NCBI GenBank assembly: GCA_047495785.1
Contig: JBLDXI010000001.1
Coordinates: 2,046,001-2,110,000 of the forward strand
Source: Lepidodermella squamata
Lineage: Eukaryota; Animalia; Gastrotricha
DNA length: 64,000 nucleotides
Direction of reading: 5' to 3'
Positions 23,393 to 37,569 of the stretch are shown here, one piece after another; position 1 is the first letter of the stretch, and each line of letters begins with the position of its first letter. The position numbers were made by a program, and so were the translations under genes. The notes beneath the pieces are model-generated. The model searched no databases, was not told where the DNA came from, and worked only from the letters and a program-made list of their open reading frames with translations.

Positions 23393-25509
23393 TGAGCGAA
23401 ATTATTCCAGCACAGTAATATTGAGAACTTTCTCTTATCAAACAATTGATACCTAAACCATAATAACGTAAGAAATACATAAAACGAAGAAGGAGAATAA
23501 TTATTGCCATATGAGGTCAAAGGCCAAACATTCAAAAAATCCGTCTTGGTTCTAACTTCAAACATGTTAAGTTAATACAATTTGATAGGAGTTGAGAGAT
23601 GTTTTTGATGTTCGATGTTGGAGTATGGAAAACTATTCCAGCACTATTTAATTCGCAGCCCATTAATAAACGTAGTTTGGACTCAAAGTTGTAACGCGCA
23701 CAAAGCCTATGTCAACCCGCCTGCAATTAATCAATCCACATTAATCTCTGATCGAACAACCAAACAGTAGCAGTAATCAGTCATAATAACCTCGAGCGAC
23801 GAAGTACCCAATATCGCTTTTTTGACCTAGTAGGTTATGGTAGTACGAGTATTAGCCGCCACCATCCACTACCTGCTACACCAATTATTCAAACTAATCA
23901 CTTGACTAAATGGCACAACATGTCCCCTCATAGAATGAACCCAATTCCCATAGGTGCCCTTGAACCCATGCATTAGTTACAAAGTCATTCAAGCATGTGA
24001 GATCGTTGATCACTGCAATGTTAGATCCAGAGGCCACAAGCCACAATGTTACACAGAGTATAAGTTACAGGCAAACCGGCAGTAGGAGGTAGCTGCAATC
24101 AATCATATAGTAGTGGTATAGTAGTAGTAGTAGTAGTATTAGTGTTCATGTTAGTCAACATTTCACTGCATGGCAGGGGAGGCCGCGAGTTCCACCACCG
24201 CCCTCAAATGCTCGCGATCTGCTGCAGCTTGCTTAAAACGTGTAACGTCGTTCTCGCTATTGATTTCAATAGAATCAAATTCAATCATATTCATATTCAC
24301 ACCACAAGTTAATTCAATCACATTTCCACTGCTTTAAATGCACTCGACAGCACCTTCTAGTTCGATACTATTGACAACGTACAACTTACAGACGCCAGAT
24401 AACAAAAGCTCGGATAAGATACAAAATCGGCCCATGCTGCATAAAAATAAAAGTCGCAAAATCAATGAGTGTACGCTGAAGGTCGACGGTTGACAGTCAG
24501 CTTTAACTTTGATGGGACTCCTGCTAAGGTCTTAGTCTAGATTCTAGATCTCCCCGTCGCTGTCGGGCTGCTTTTACAGCTGATTCAAAAAATCATCGCG
24601 CCGACAGTGAAAGTCGCCCATTAAAATTTAAACAATAGGATATTGTCATTTATTAAGCTAATAAAACTATTTTTCTCATTTTAAAGAAGAATTAGGCTGT
24701 TGACTGAGCGCATGTTTTTTATACGTGGCAACGTGGCCGACGTGGCTCCGCTCCGCTGTTCGGTGTTGTGTTTATGTAAGTTTAGATGACACGGCATCAT
24801 TTTTAGCTCATTATTTGTTATTTGCTGAACCTCAAGATCATGTAAACCAAATATCGGCTGTGGATGAATCGAGACATACAAGTCACTCTCAAGATGCTTT
24901 CGAGGGGCATTGGTGCAAAATTCCGCTGAGGTCCTTATGCTTTTCGTAAAGCCGGAATTCTGATAGAAGTCATAACAGTGTGACCTTTACATCTTGGTCG
25001 GCTCTGAAAAGCTATACACAGCAATGCGAGCTGGGATTAAGGCACTGTTGTCCTCACCTGACTCATTTCCTACTGAGCCTCTGATTCAAGTGCTTTATTG
25101 AATCTCGGTTGATGGAAGAAGAAAAAGCGAATTGCCAGGCGTTTGCTCACGAAAGGAAGGCCGTAGCAAACGCGCCAGAAGTCCCAAGAACACCTGCCTA
25201 AACAGGAAGTCAACATCACCAGCCAGCGAAGTCTTTTCTCCTGTGGTCCGAAAGCCTGAAGCATGTGCAATAATTGCATCCGCTTTTCAAGAGCGTTCGT
25301 CAAATTTCGAGCTTAGTTCTTAGTTGAATACATGAAAAACAGCTCAAGCAGTCTATTGACGTTGACTTGATATATTTCTACTCTACTTATTTTTTATGTC
25401 TTGGGCCATACGGCCCGCGTAAAACCTCGCCACTGCGGTGTGATTCGGGTTCAAATGCTCAGTGATGCCTCATCTTGAATCCGTATGTCCCTCAAGTCCG
25501 GCTTAGGTT

Positions 25510-25830
25510 AATTTATTATTTATTTATTTCAAAGCTATGACGCCCAAGAGAGAGCAGCTTGACAATAGTTTAAACATTCTTTTTATTTATGTATAATTTC
25601 CGGGTGGTATCAGAAGGTATAAGGCCTATAGCATAGACTGAGATTTTAAACGAGCCAGGGTCCGTTACCTAAGGAAAGAGTTTTCGGGAGTTTATTCCAT
25701 TTTTGCACGATTGCTGTCATTCGCACAAACGGGTCGATGCCGCGAACAGAGCTGAGTCTGACTTGGTACGTTCATTCGTCTTGACTTATTCAATTTTGCA
25801 ACTGTTGCCCGGTCACTCCTTAGAATTGAA
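25510..25830 (-). mobile_element. Degenerate 3' end of a CR1/L2-type LINE
   Basis: Minus-strand remnants GNSCKI...IVQKWNKLP...SFK resemble the CR1 ORF2 C-terminus (RGHxxKL...WNxLP...SFK). A short 3' UTR and an (AAAT)n-like tail follow. Confidence 0.5.
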
Positions 25831-27728
25831 CGACGATGAAATTCGGCTAACATTTTACAGCTAGGGGAGTGCTCTGAAAAATGTAATACTTGAATGATGA
25901 CTAGACCCGCCTCAACCTAGGTGGCTAGCCGGAGTTGAACTGGGCCATTGTTCTTAGGTTAGGGGTAAGGGTACGCTGTACGATGCTGATGCACGCCTTG
26001 AGCTCAGATTTAACTGGCCACTGGCCATCCGTTACATAAGTAGGCTTTTGGGGAAGCTACAGATGGACTGAGGATAGATGAGAGTCGGAACCCCCGACAA
26101 AGGTGAATGGGACGTGGTGCGTCAAATCAAAACTCTTCGCGTTATGCATGAAAAAATTGTTAAAAGATTAAAAGAAACGGCAAATGGTTGTTCATGGAAA
26201 TAATTCACCAGATACCGTTATTGCTGTCATTCATGTTACTATCGGTGATTAGCGACGTACCTAGTTTTCGATCCCCTCAGGAACAGTACCTAGTATTAAA
26301 TTATGTGCATGAACAATTTTATCTGCAAATCGCGTCATTTAATGAAGAGTGTGTGAGCTCAGCAAACAGAATATCGCTTCCATCGGCGCCATACCCGAGT
26401 AGCCAAGAAATAGGCAACACATGCAACAGGAAGACATCGCTTATGTCCACAACTGCTAGCTAGCTTTATCAGCTCCTAAATTACACGCGTTGCTATGACG
26501 AAGAACTCAATCCAAGGGAAAATTTTAATAGGAAAAAGCAATAGAAGGTAAAAATGTTGCCGCAGGGCATTTTTCCCTATCACAATCGCTCGAGTAGGCG
26601 AATTCGGCCGTTTCTGATATAGGAAGTCCTGTGGAAACAAAACAAAATCAATCAATTTCACCTCAATTATAGCATTTTATTCAACAAAAGTTTGTAGCAT
26701 CGTATGATAAAGGTTAGAGTAGATACGCACATTTCAAAAGAAAACATGGGCCAGGGAGATTTTTACAATGCAATGAAAGCAGCATTGCTCCTTGGAGTTT
26801 TACAATTATTACAGCTGCAGAATTGTGAACGCCCAAACACAAACCACGAACACAATCCTCAAAATAAAGAAATAATCCAATTGCTTCGTGAAAAAATTAG
26901 TAGAAGTAATACAAATTTTGTAACCAACTGCGTGATACTTTGTCGGTTGTGTGATTTCTAGCTAGTTAAGCATTGCGGCATTTAAATCAGCGCTTTTTGA
27001 TCGAGTTGGTAACTAGAAAACAAGTAAAAGCACAGAATTTCCAAGAATTGAACGATACACATGACACGCGTAGCGCGTGCATACGAATAAGTAAGTATTA
27101 TTTTGCTAGACCACGATTGTGTAATAATGACCTCGTTGCAGTGCGCTATAACTGATAACGAAAGCAACGGGTGGCGGCTGAATGCAATGCTATTTGATCA
27201 GATCGCACCGAATTACAGTGGAACATATAGAAAAGTTATGGCACGTTTAGAATATTATAGTAAACACCCTGCCTACCTGCCACGGCGTTAGGCGCGGTTA
27301 TGAGCTAGTTGCACCAATATTGTATCCAGATCCGGAAACACTTAGTTATCATATCCCGACAAAGATGGAACACTAGCAGCAGCAACAGCACGAACGCCGT
27401 TCATGCATATCATTATAATGACTTATTAGCTTCATTATTATAAATATTAGCATCAATTCATCTGCCGATCATTGGAGGATGACGAGTCGTAGCATTGGAG
27501 AAAAATCATTACGGTTGAGCCAATCTTATGTTTGAGGATCGAAAAAAACTACGGTAGAAAACTCGTCATTTTTTTGTTTGGTCTATGGAGCAGCAGCGAG
27601 CGGAAGGATTACAAATTTCCTCATTATTATTATCATCATCATCATGAAAACACGAATAAAGAGGCTGTATAAAAACACAAGTTGAAAAGTTGAATTGCGG
27701 ACGGAATAGACAATTAGAACGCATTCTT

Positions 27729-28550
27729 TCAAACGTAAAATGCCTTTTCACGGCGAATATGGCAGCAGAGCACTATACTTAGAATCATACAGATGATTTG
27801 CAAGACAACAATGCCTGAGATGATGCCCATCATAATGTAAATGTGCTTGGTAAACCAGCTCCGTAGAGCCGGAACGCATCCCTGTTTATGCATATCGGGA
27901 TTACCGAGATTGCATGGCGAGAAATTATCGCGACAACAAGAAACTGGTAGAACGCCGCTTTTGTAAGACGAATAACTGTCCGAGCCGCAGCATTCGAGGG
28001 TCTGCTGAATTTTTTCAACAATGAGCTCTTTGGTTCCGGGAGAATTCTTAGCCGTCTGGTCGAACTCATCGACTGCTTTGTTGAACAAATCGGTGATTTC
28101 GTTTTCAACTTCAGTTTTCTTCATTGCGTAGAAGGAGACCGCAGCGATTTCAGCCGCAACAATAATCATCAAGAAGAAAAAGTAAAAACCCAACATGCTG
28201 CGTAAAACGGAACATTAAAAGAGCCAGCTATAATTTGCCAAATACATACCAGGAAGATTCTCTGATCGCACCGCAGCATCCCAAAAATCCGACGAGTAGC
28301 ATCAAGACACCGGCGCCCATCAACACATAAAGGGCATAGTAGAAGTATGATACTGATGAGGATGAGGGCATTTGACCAATGTTGTAGCTAACATCGTAAA
28401 CCCTCAGGAATATCGAGAAACCGAGTAAAGAAAGTCCAAGCGCCTGAAAATATGAGTAATTCAATCAATAGATGGGAATACAAGTTGATCTAAAATGCTT
28501 ACCCAAACGATGAGATTGAGAATGAATACTGTGTATTTTGCAGCCTTCAT
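27729..28550 (-). CDS. Tetraspanin, 3 coding exons
   Basis: KYTVFILNLIVW, GFLGCCGAIRES, large extracellular loop with CCG, PVSCC and GC motifs, four hydrophobic helices. Confidence 0.95.
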
Positions 28551-28677
28551 TCTTACATAAATCCCTAACAATAAATTCAAATAATTCATAGTTGCAAACT
28601 CGATCGAACGCGTGTAGAATATCACCGAATTGTACTGCTTTCTGCTATGTCTAGTTCAATTTCATCCCAAGTGAAGC

Positions 28678-28678
<1 letters not shown>

Positions 28679-28715
<37 letters not shown>
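28679..28715. repeat. (AC)18 microsatellite
   Basis: Perfect AC run upstream of the tetraspanin start. Confidence 0.98.
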
Positions 28716-28717
<2 letters not shown>

Positions 28718-30478
28718 TTATGAGGAAGATAGTTTTTCAACGCTAAAATTTTCGAGAACTAGAATTTGACAGCATTCAGCTGGGACGGCGGCCGATTTCG
28801 TCGCAAATAGTGTACAGTCGTAAATGACGTCTCGAAGCGATAATTAATAACTGATAACTAATTCTTATAAATAACAGGCCCAGTCATACGTTGTAGCGGC
28901 GAATCAGCAATGGAAATTAAATGAAACACGCAGTACCTGATTTGAGCAAAAGGATACCGCGGAGCTCGAAAATCACAAGGGCCGAAGCCTCTACAGGTTA
29001 TGTGAAAATCGAAACCTGCACAAGCAGCTCTGTAGCAGGTGCCAGGTGCTTGTTACCAGATGGATAATTTAGCTTGCAGTTCTTTGCCAGATACTTAAGC
29101 AGCACAGAACACAAACCAGTAAAATGCCTCCTAAATTAATCATTTATGGCGAAAACCCAATTTGATAGCCAAGAAACAATCTCATTTTCATCTTTGAGGG
29201 CGACTAACGTGGCTACATGGCTTCCATTTTTCCGAGGGGCTACAAGAGACTAGATTCGTTCGAAAAAGTACTTCTAATAACAACAAGCTGTTAATTGGGA
29301 AAACGTTTTAGTCTCAAGTCCCAAGTCCGAAACTATTGCAGAATTCTGGGAACTAGTATTTAATTTTTAAATAGCGAGCCTGCAGTGCTCGCTGTACAGT
29401 CGCTGCACAGTCAGCACCCATGACCTAGCGCCTAGCGTCATGCGTCATCAGTCACTCATCAAGACCCTGTGGTGAAAACCAGCAACCGCCATTCCGCCAT
29501 TTGCCAGTCGCCGTTAATCTGCCGATCACCCCGACATTTTGTCTCTTACGACATACAATTTCTCCTCAAATTTAATGAATTAAGAATTCTCTGTATCAAT
29601 TACCCGGTAAAATTTATAATGAAATTAATATTGATAAAAAGGTCTATTATACAATTGAAAATCAGATTGAAAATTTGGGCGCTAAAAACCCGCCGGTGGC
29701 AAACTTTGCGCTGATCGACTGCCCCCGCGCGGCTGAGAACTTGGTTAGTTGCACAGCTGTCGATGACGACTATATACCATGAATGCGTAGGTGTATGCTG
29801 AGTTCATTTACCCTTTCTCTTGTTGGATGATAACCAGCAGCATTTTGGCGTATCGAAAGTTCGAGGAAGACTGTTTGCACTTTGTCGCGACTGTCTTATG
29901 GACTTAAGCGACGAGGTTTTATTCTACATCTTGGCAATTTCCCATCAGTAGTTGAAATATATTATTAGAATGTAAGTAATTCGATCGTAACTCAAGCTAC
30001 TATTTTTGTGTGTTATGATAAAGCCATTTTTTGGTTTGCTGTGTCCCAAGATATTATTGCTTTATAATGTTTCTACAGGTTGTGCTGAGTTTATTATACT
30101 TACTTTCGCTGCTGTTTACTTGAAATCGCAAGATGGGGCCATTCACGAAGAGCGTAAGGAGTTCATTCTTAATATTTGGCCTCTCCCCATTCCCATTTAC
30201 TCTTTATATTGCTCTATCGATCAATAAAAGCCCATTTCTTCTACGCTTACGCAGTCGTGTCCATATGTTATATTTCAGATGTGATTGGTTCATGGATCTA
30301 TTTTGGATTATCGTAAACCAGAACAATAGAGACTGTTGCTTAGTATTCAAAGCCTGGTGGAGATTTCGCTATAAGTATCCCACCAACTTTCCAACCTTTC
30401 ACCGCTTGATAAAGATTTACTTCTCTTTCTGATTTACTTATGTTTACCTCTCTTCAAACTGCTAGATTTTTTTATGTG

Positions 30479-33327
30479 ATGGATCATAGCAGTGACGTTG
30501 GTTTACTGCTTGAGCAAAAAGCTTTGGATTTATTCAAGGAGTGTGATGTTGGCAACAAGGGATACCTAACACGAGCTGATTTTTTCCACCTTAACGACGA
30601 GCTTCAACTAGGCGATGAAGCTATCAATCAAGTGTTTGAATCAATGGCAGAAAAGAATGTGGATGGCGCTGATGTTATAACTGAGAAGTGTTTCATCGTT
30701 GGCTTTGGAACATTTTTCCGATGTGCTGGGGTGCGACTGAGTTCTATGGCATCAACTGAGAGTTTGCATACACTTAATTTTGACCAAGCCCATAATTTGA
30801 ACAGGCCGAAATCCGTATCTTCATCGCATGAGGAATACGGCGAGGCAAATTATATTTCGCCATCGTCCGGAGGTTTCGATAATTCGTTCTCTCCTCGGCT
30901 CCACAAAATTCCTGATGATTGTGAGTCGGGAGTTAGTTCATCCGCTGGAGTCGGCAATCAGTTATTAACTCCATCATCCAATGGTTATGAAATCGATTCT
31001 TCCGATTGGGACCCTGCTTTCACGGAAATGTTGAATCAGTTGACTGCGAATGGAATTGAACCTCAGTAAGCTATTCCGCTATTTTTGTGTTCAACTTATA
31101 AAAGAAGTCGTATTTTTAGGGAAGATGGCTTCGCTGAATTATGGCAGCGATTAGAGCGCGATGACCCTCATATGTTGCCAACGTTTGAGAGGTTTCTTCG
31201 AAAAGTGACGGGCGAGCTAAGTCAAACCAAGAGCTACTGTCGTTCATTAGCTATTTTGCTTCGGCAAAAAGTAGCTGAACATGATGAAACTATCAGCACT
31301 CTTCATGACGAACTAGAAGATCATGTGCGAATGGAAACAGAGCGACTCGTGGCAGAGGTCAGAGCTCAAGAGGCTTCAGAGCGTAGGCTGCTGGAGCGCG
31401 AGCTTGAAGAGCGTGAGCATCATCAGAATGAACTCAGGATGCGGCTGGCGATTCTGGAAGAGAGGGAACGCGAATTGAGCCGTCTTGTCGAATCTTCAAA
31501 GCGTGAAACACAACGGCTAATGCGGGAAAAAGAATCGCTGGAAACACAATTGGCCTGTCGATCAGCAACCGAAACGGAAAATTCAGTTTTGACGGAACGG
31601 ATGAGAACAATTCAACAAGACTTGATGATTCATCAGAATCAATTTACTACCGAGGTTGGCCGTTTACAGGCCGAACGCGACGCCCTACGGAATGAACTGG
31701 ACGAAGTTGCGAAACGGAATGCTGTCCTGCGGCAGGAGCGGCACTCATTGACATCACCAATGATCTTGAACGGCTCATCGGTTAGTTTTCGTTTATTTTA
31801 CATTTCGACGTAGTTGGTAGATTTTTGGCTTTCTGAATTCGTTAAGGATGATAAAAGGTTTTTTGGATACGGGTTTTGATTATTTGATGTGTATTAGTAT
31901 CGTGGAAGATCCTCCTCATCCTCATCCCATTCCCTGCTTATGATGATGGGACATCCTTCAAGTGTCCGTCAGCAGTACAAAAATCCTCCATCTTGCCACC
32001 ACGCCTCTACCGGTAGCCACCACCCAGTTAACAGCAGAGGGCATCAAAGTTACGAGCGGCGTGGCTCATATGCTACGACAGCTTCAGTTCGCAGGTGCCT
32101 GGAACTCATTTGTTTACATTTTGCAGAAAGTGCATTCCTGCGGCTGTCTGCTTAAACTATTTTCATGGGATCGGGCAAAATACTATGCATACAATACCCA
32201 CTGTACTACGACTAATCCTGAATATAGCGCTTTATTAATGCTTGTGGTTTTGCGCTTAATTTTTTTTATTTCTGAGCTGAAATGATAAAAGTTTCTTTGC
32301 TAATTGCAGCAGCGACATTTTTACGGACGTCGCGTCGCTGAGCGGCGATGGATGCTGTTTACAGGGTCAACTCAACGGCACGTGCACGCATCAGAATTTC
32401 GGCAGCGAGTTGAGGTATGTTGTTAATGAATGAATTAGCACAACATGAGACTGAAACTCGCTCGTTAAAGCCTGGAAACTGTACTACCGAACGCGCGGGA
32501 AAATGTCGTCGCGAAACCTCAGCCGGTTGTTGAACAAAGCGTGCAAAAACCCGCAGAGCCAGTGCCGATAGGTGTCAACAGTCCGTTATACAAGGTTGTT
32601 TTCCTCGGCGATTCTGGCGTCGGTAAAACAGCGCTACTGCACCGGTTATGCTACGACCACTTTAAACCAGCTTTCAATGCGACAATTGGTAAGTTGGCGT
32701 AATTTTTCTGGGATATTTGATGGATTTGATTTTTTCAAGGCATGGACTTGCACTTGTACCCGGTGGCTGTTAGCGAAAACCAATCTGCGAATCTTCAACT
32801 TTGGGATACGGCTGGGCAAGAGCGGTACCGGAGTATGACAAGGTAATTATTTCATAATTTTAAGGTGGTTTTTGTATTTTCAATCAATTTCTAGGCAATA
32901 TTTCCGAAACGCGAACGCTTTTGTTCTAGTCTACGACATTTTGTGCGAAACAAGTTTTCTGAGCTGCCGCTGGTGGCTTGAAGAAATCGACAATGTGGCG
33001 CCGAAAAACGGCCTTCAGACCATTCTGTTGCTGGGCAATAAAGTCGACCGGGCCGACGATTATCGCGCCGTCTCGCTTGAAAATGCGAAATGCCTGGCGA
33101 TGGACCGCGGCATGATGTTCGCGGAAGTGAGCGCGCAGACGGGGTTCGGCGTGCGCGAGGTCGTCAATCAGCTGGCGGTTCATCTGGCGCGCGACGCCAA
33201 TCTGAACGGAAATCTGGCGGCGAATAAATCGCGCCATTATAGCGCCGCTTCGGCGTCATGCCAGACCATAACGTCGCTCAATAATGACGATAAACAGTCG
33301 CGCAAGGGCAAATGCTGCGGCGGCTGA
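30479..33327 (+). CDS. CRACR2A: Large EF-hand/coiled-coil Rab GTPase (CRACR2A/Rab46-Rab44 group), multi-exon
   Basis: EF-hand pair (KALDLFKECDVGNKGYL), LWQRLERDDPHMLPTFERFL and a long coiled coil. Rab domain GDSGVGKT, WDTAGQERYRSMT, GNKVD, EVSA; C-terminal KCCGG prenylation motif. Confidence 0.85.
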
Positions 33328-35237
33328 TGATGGAACCATAGTCGCAATAAATGGTGTAATTTTTATCAAATTTCGCGCGTTTAACATCAACAACAACAAA
33401 AATAATGAAACTTTTGATGACGCAAAACTTCCGCAGGCATTTTAAGACTGATCTCTTCTCGCTATCTGCATAATGTTAAAGTCGTTTACGATGGCCGCCG
33501 TTTTCAGGCGGCTTAGTCGCGATATTTTTCTAGTGTTATGTGCGCTTCTTTTCGGCCGGCTATTAAAGATGATGAGGATATTTACTGTTCTTGCGTTCTC
33601 TCTGTCTCCTTTCATCGCGCTCAAAGCAACTTGAATATAAATGTGAAATGCAAATGACGCAAACATTCCCGGCTGATCGAGTGGATATTATAATAAATAC
33701 AAGTATTTTAAAATATTGCAATACATTTTCTTGTGACGGTCATAATTTATATTCGAATACTTAATTATTATTTTGATTATCAAGCATAATCGTTGAATTA
33801 AAGACCTTGCATAAGCTGGTGCATAAGCCGAATATAATTTCAATTTTGATGAGAAGCAATAAAAAGTAATAGAAAGCGAACGCGTCTGGCGTTTTTTCTG
33901 CCAAAAATTTGCGTAATAGGTGAGATGAAGAGCGATGATCATGGTGTTGTTTTTATAGCCAACACTTGGTGGGTACATGTTTTTTTTGACACGGTGCAAA
34001 ACGTGCCTCGCCAAAGCATCAGCTGCTGTCTGGTTTTTCCGGTATACCGGCTGAATCATGTAACCCCGTTAAGCCGAGCGCGTTGATTGATGAATATATT
34101 GTACGCAGGCTATGATGCGTATGTGCGTAGCCTACCATCAGATCGCACATCGGGCGACGTGCTCGTGTCTTGTCAGTCGAATGTAATATATCGCCTCCGC
34201 CTCGCATTTGTAATCGCCAAAAAACAACACAGACACAGGTAGCAGAGTAGCGTTGATTGTATCCCTCTTTACAACGCCCGCCCGCGAAACGATGAGCGAA
34301 ACAAATAATAATGCTCCTACTCGAGCAACAACGAGTTGAAAGGAAGCTATGCAACAACACATCGATAGCGTGCGCACCCGAACTCGCCGAACAAATAAGA
34401 GTCAATCTTTATCGGCGGTATAATAATAACGAAACATGTTACAATACACTGTACGCACGAGATAACTTGAGGGTTTATACAATTTTTTTATTACTGTTTT
34501 GGCCTCCCTATCTAAATAAAACGGGCTCGGCAACTTTCGCCACTAGATTACAGGATAAATAACAATATAACCTTTGCCCTCAAATGTGATAATAATTTTT
34601 GATGATTGCTATAAAAACACACCAAGTGATTTTTCCGAACTCACCAGCCGCGAGAGGTAATCATCGCGTTGATTATTTAACCCCCCAGAACCCGATTTGG
34701 ATAACTCGATAGGTAATTTGTATCATCATCATAATCAAAGAGCCTCAGACGTAACACACTACGCTTCTCTCATAAAAAATGCACTACAACTTTTATTATC
34801 GTTCAGCCCAAATTAGTTCCTTGCCTCCTACTAATGAAGAATCTAACTAGAAGAGCTCATCAATTCGTTTGAACTTTAACTATTGACAGGCGGCGGAGAA
34901 ATTATTATTAAAGTGCATATTCATTCACCTGTGAGCGCGTTTACTTTTTTGTGCGCTAGATAATGGACTTGTCGCGCCTTTTTTGCCGCCGTGATTTATG
35001 CGCGTCGCGTCAATGATGATTTTTCGATTATATTACAGACCACTTGTCGCGCGCCACTTGACGATGTTGTCACTTTTTTGCATTCATTTCGATTTGTTTG
35101 TCCTATTATTTCGCAATTTTTCGCTTCAAAAACTTGAGATAAAAACTGGTATTATGACGGATGACAGGATAGATTTTGATTTGATTGACATCCCAAACTC
35201 AGAAGCTGGATTTTTCATCTCGCGACAAATTGACAAG

Positions 35238-37219
35238 ATGCGAATTATGAAAGCGGCCTACTATATTGGGTTGCTGATGGTATTCCTGATGTCGTTCGCC
35301 GTCATGGCTGGGTCGCTGCTCAGTTCCAAACACCCTGGATCAGACAGACCAGAGCATCACTCGCAAAGTTCGGTGTCTTCATCCTTACAATACGATCGGG
35401 CCTTCAATAATTACGACGATCCTGTCGTAGTGCGCGACGTGATTCAAAATTTCGAACCTGATGAGGATCTATCAAGTGGGATTGGTCCCAAGTTGGAAAA
35501 ATTCGGACAGTACCGAGGCGCCACGGAATTGGTTATCGCCTCGGAAAACATTGTCGAAACAGTTGGAAAATACGCCTTAAATGTCACCGTAGGGCCGAAT
35601 ATGACGCGCTTAATGACTGAAGAAGGTATTTTGAAACGATGGCTGTTCGCTCGTTACGGCCTTCATATCACTGACCGACCAGTTTTACGATACAGCGACA
35701 CGGTTTCGGTTCAATTGAAGTTCGAACTGCTGCGATTTTTGCATATCGACGATTTGCGAGGTTCCATGGCAGTCCTAGGAATCGTCGTTTTGACCTGGGT
35801 CAATCCTTTTCTAGCCTGGCAAGGTGCAAATGTAACCGAATCGAAAATACCGCGACTTGCGTTGAAATCCGGCGAAGTTTGGACACCGCTGATTCTCCAC
35901 CTTAACAACGTCAAAGAATTGGTAGAAATTTGCTGGAATTTGCTGGAAAAGGTCCTATTGGCTAATATTTTACAGAATGTTGTCGACAAATATGGACGTG
36001 GCCGAGGCAACATGGTCATGGAACTTTTCGAAAATGGAACCCAGCTGTGGCCACCTACTGGAATCTATGAATCATCGGTAAGATTCCTGAATTTGAACTA
36101 ACATGGTTTATTTATTTTCGATATATTTTAATAGTGCGATTTGAATTTCACATTCTTTCCTCTGGACAAGTAAGTGATTGCATCTTTGGAATCTTCGAGT
36201 TTCAATTTTTTCGGAACTTTTGAACCTTTTCAAATTTCAGACAAACCTGTAACTTCGTTTTCGAATCTTGGCTGGCTGATGCCTTCGTCAATATATCTCA
36301 CGCGATGGCCGTGATTCATGACGAGCGAACGTTCATTTCCAAAAGTCAAATCTGGGAATTTCGCAACCTCACAGCTACAACACAGACAATCATCTACGAC
36401 GGCAATCCATATTCCCAAGCTTGGGTAGTCATTTCTATGCGGCGGCGGCATGCTTACTATACATGGAATATTTTAATACCGGTAAAAGAAAATTCTGGAG
36501 AAGGCTATTTTTCATGAATAATTTCTTTTCAGTGTGGATCTCTTAGTCTCCTTCAGTTGAGCACATTTGCATTACCTCCCGAGACGCCCGAGCGAGCGTC
36601 TTTCAGGTAAAATTTATGACCGTAGATTCTTAGGTGATGAGTCATGCCTGTAATATCTCGATTTAGTGTGACCGTTCTAGTTGCATTCGGCATTCTTCAG
36701 ACGATAATCAAAGCTGAGATACCAACAACCTCCGATACTGTCCTCTTAGTCATTTACGTAGTCGGGCAGCTGTCCGTGGGCACCCTGGCCACGTTTTACA
36801 TTGTGGTCAGCGTCGGCCTTGCCTCCTACTCTTTCCCCCAATATCCACCACCTCAACGTCGAGCGAAAAACCGAAGACCACAGTTAGATAGCAATTCAGA
36901 TCAGGCGCGGACCCCGGACGCAGAGGCGTCACGCGAGCTGGTACCCGGGTCATCTGGCTCGACAGCGTACCAACGCCGGAAAACATCCAGTTTCGAAACA
37001 GCTCAAGATCCGATAGAAACACCTACACATCACCGGCTAGATCCGCGCCAAGCCGGCAAGCGTATCTTCGACGTGTTATTCTTTCAACGCCCAATCTTAG
37101 AAGCTAGGACGATCAGGATAATGGACGCGATTGCGTTTTCTGTGTTAGCAATTTTGACTATAGTAGGACATTTAACAGTATATACTCTTCTTCATGCAGC
37201 TGCCAATGATGATTCATAG
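35238..37219 (+). CDS. Divergent Cys-loop ligand-gated ion channel subunit (nAChR-like, non-alpha)
   Basis: RPV, LTWVNPFLAW, VWTP, Cys-loop CDLNFTFFPLDKQTC (mostly on the 35-bp exon 36135-36169), RRHAYYTWNILIPC, LPPETPER, four TM helices. Start uncertain (35154/35238/35247). Confidence 0.9.
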
Positions 37220-37569
37220 TATACCTTCACTACTAGATAGTATTCTTTCTTGAAAAGTGTCAAAATGCGATTCAATATTTCAGCGATGAATATTTCTTTC
37301 ATTAATTTTGACACTTTTTCATCAAAGGTTTCGCTTCACTGTGTTATTAAAGTAGTGTCATTTTATTAGTCACCCTGGAGCTGCAATTTTGAATTGCCCA
37401 GGTTCTATAGAAAAAAACGAGGCGTAAATTTCTTCGCCTACACTTGTCAACTGGAACCATGATGTTATTTACTCGACTTGTAGCTCAGTGCGCCCAGTTC
37501 GACTGGGATTTTTATACCAAACAAAGCAAAACAGTGCCAAACAAAAATAAAAAGACGACATTTTATTGC

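Noticed and set aside
24105-24260. Possible second LINE 3' end with (TAC)n tail on the minus strand
   Set aside because: The protein remnant is too weak to support a call; only the short GTA microsatellite is certain.
27060-27310. Helitron-like 3' hairpins followed by CTAGT
   Set aside because: The stems are short and imperfect, with no definable 5' end or second copy in the window.
37478-37512. tRNA-like TAGCTCAGTG...GTTCGA with hairpin cccag-ttcga-ctggg
   Set aside because: The boxes are too close together; no anticodon arm or acceptor stem.
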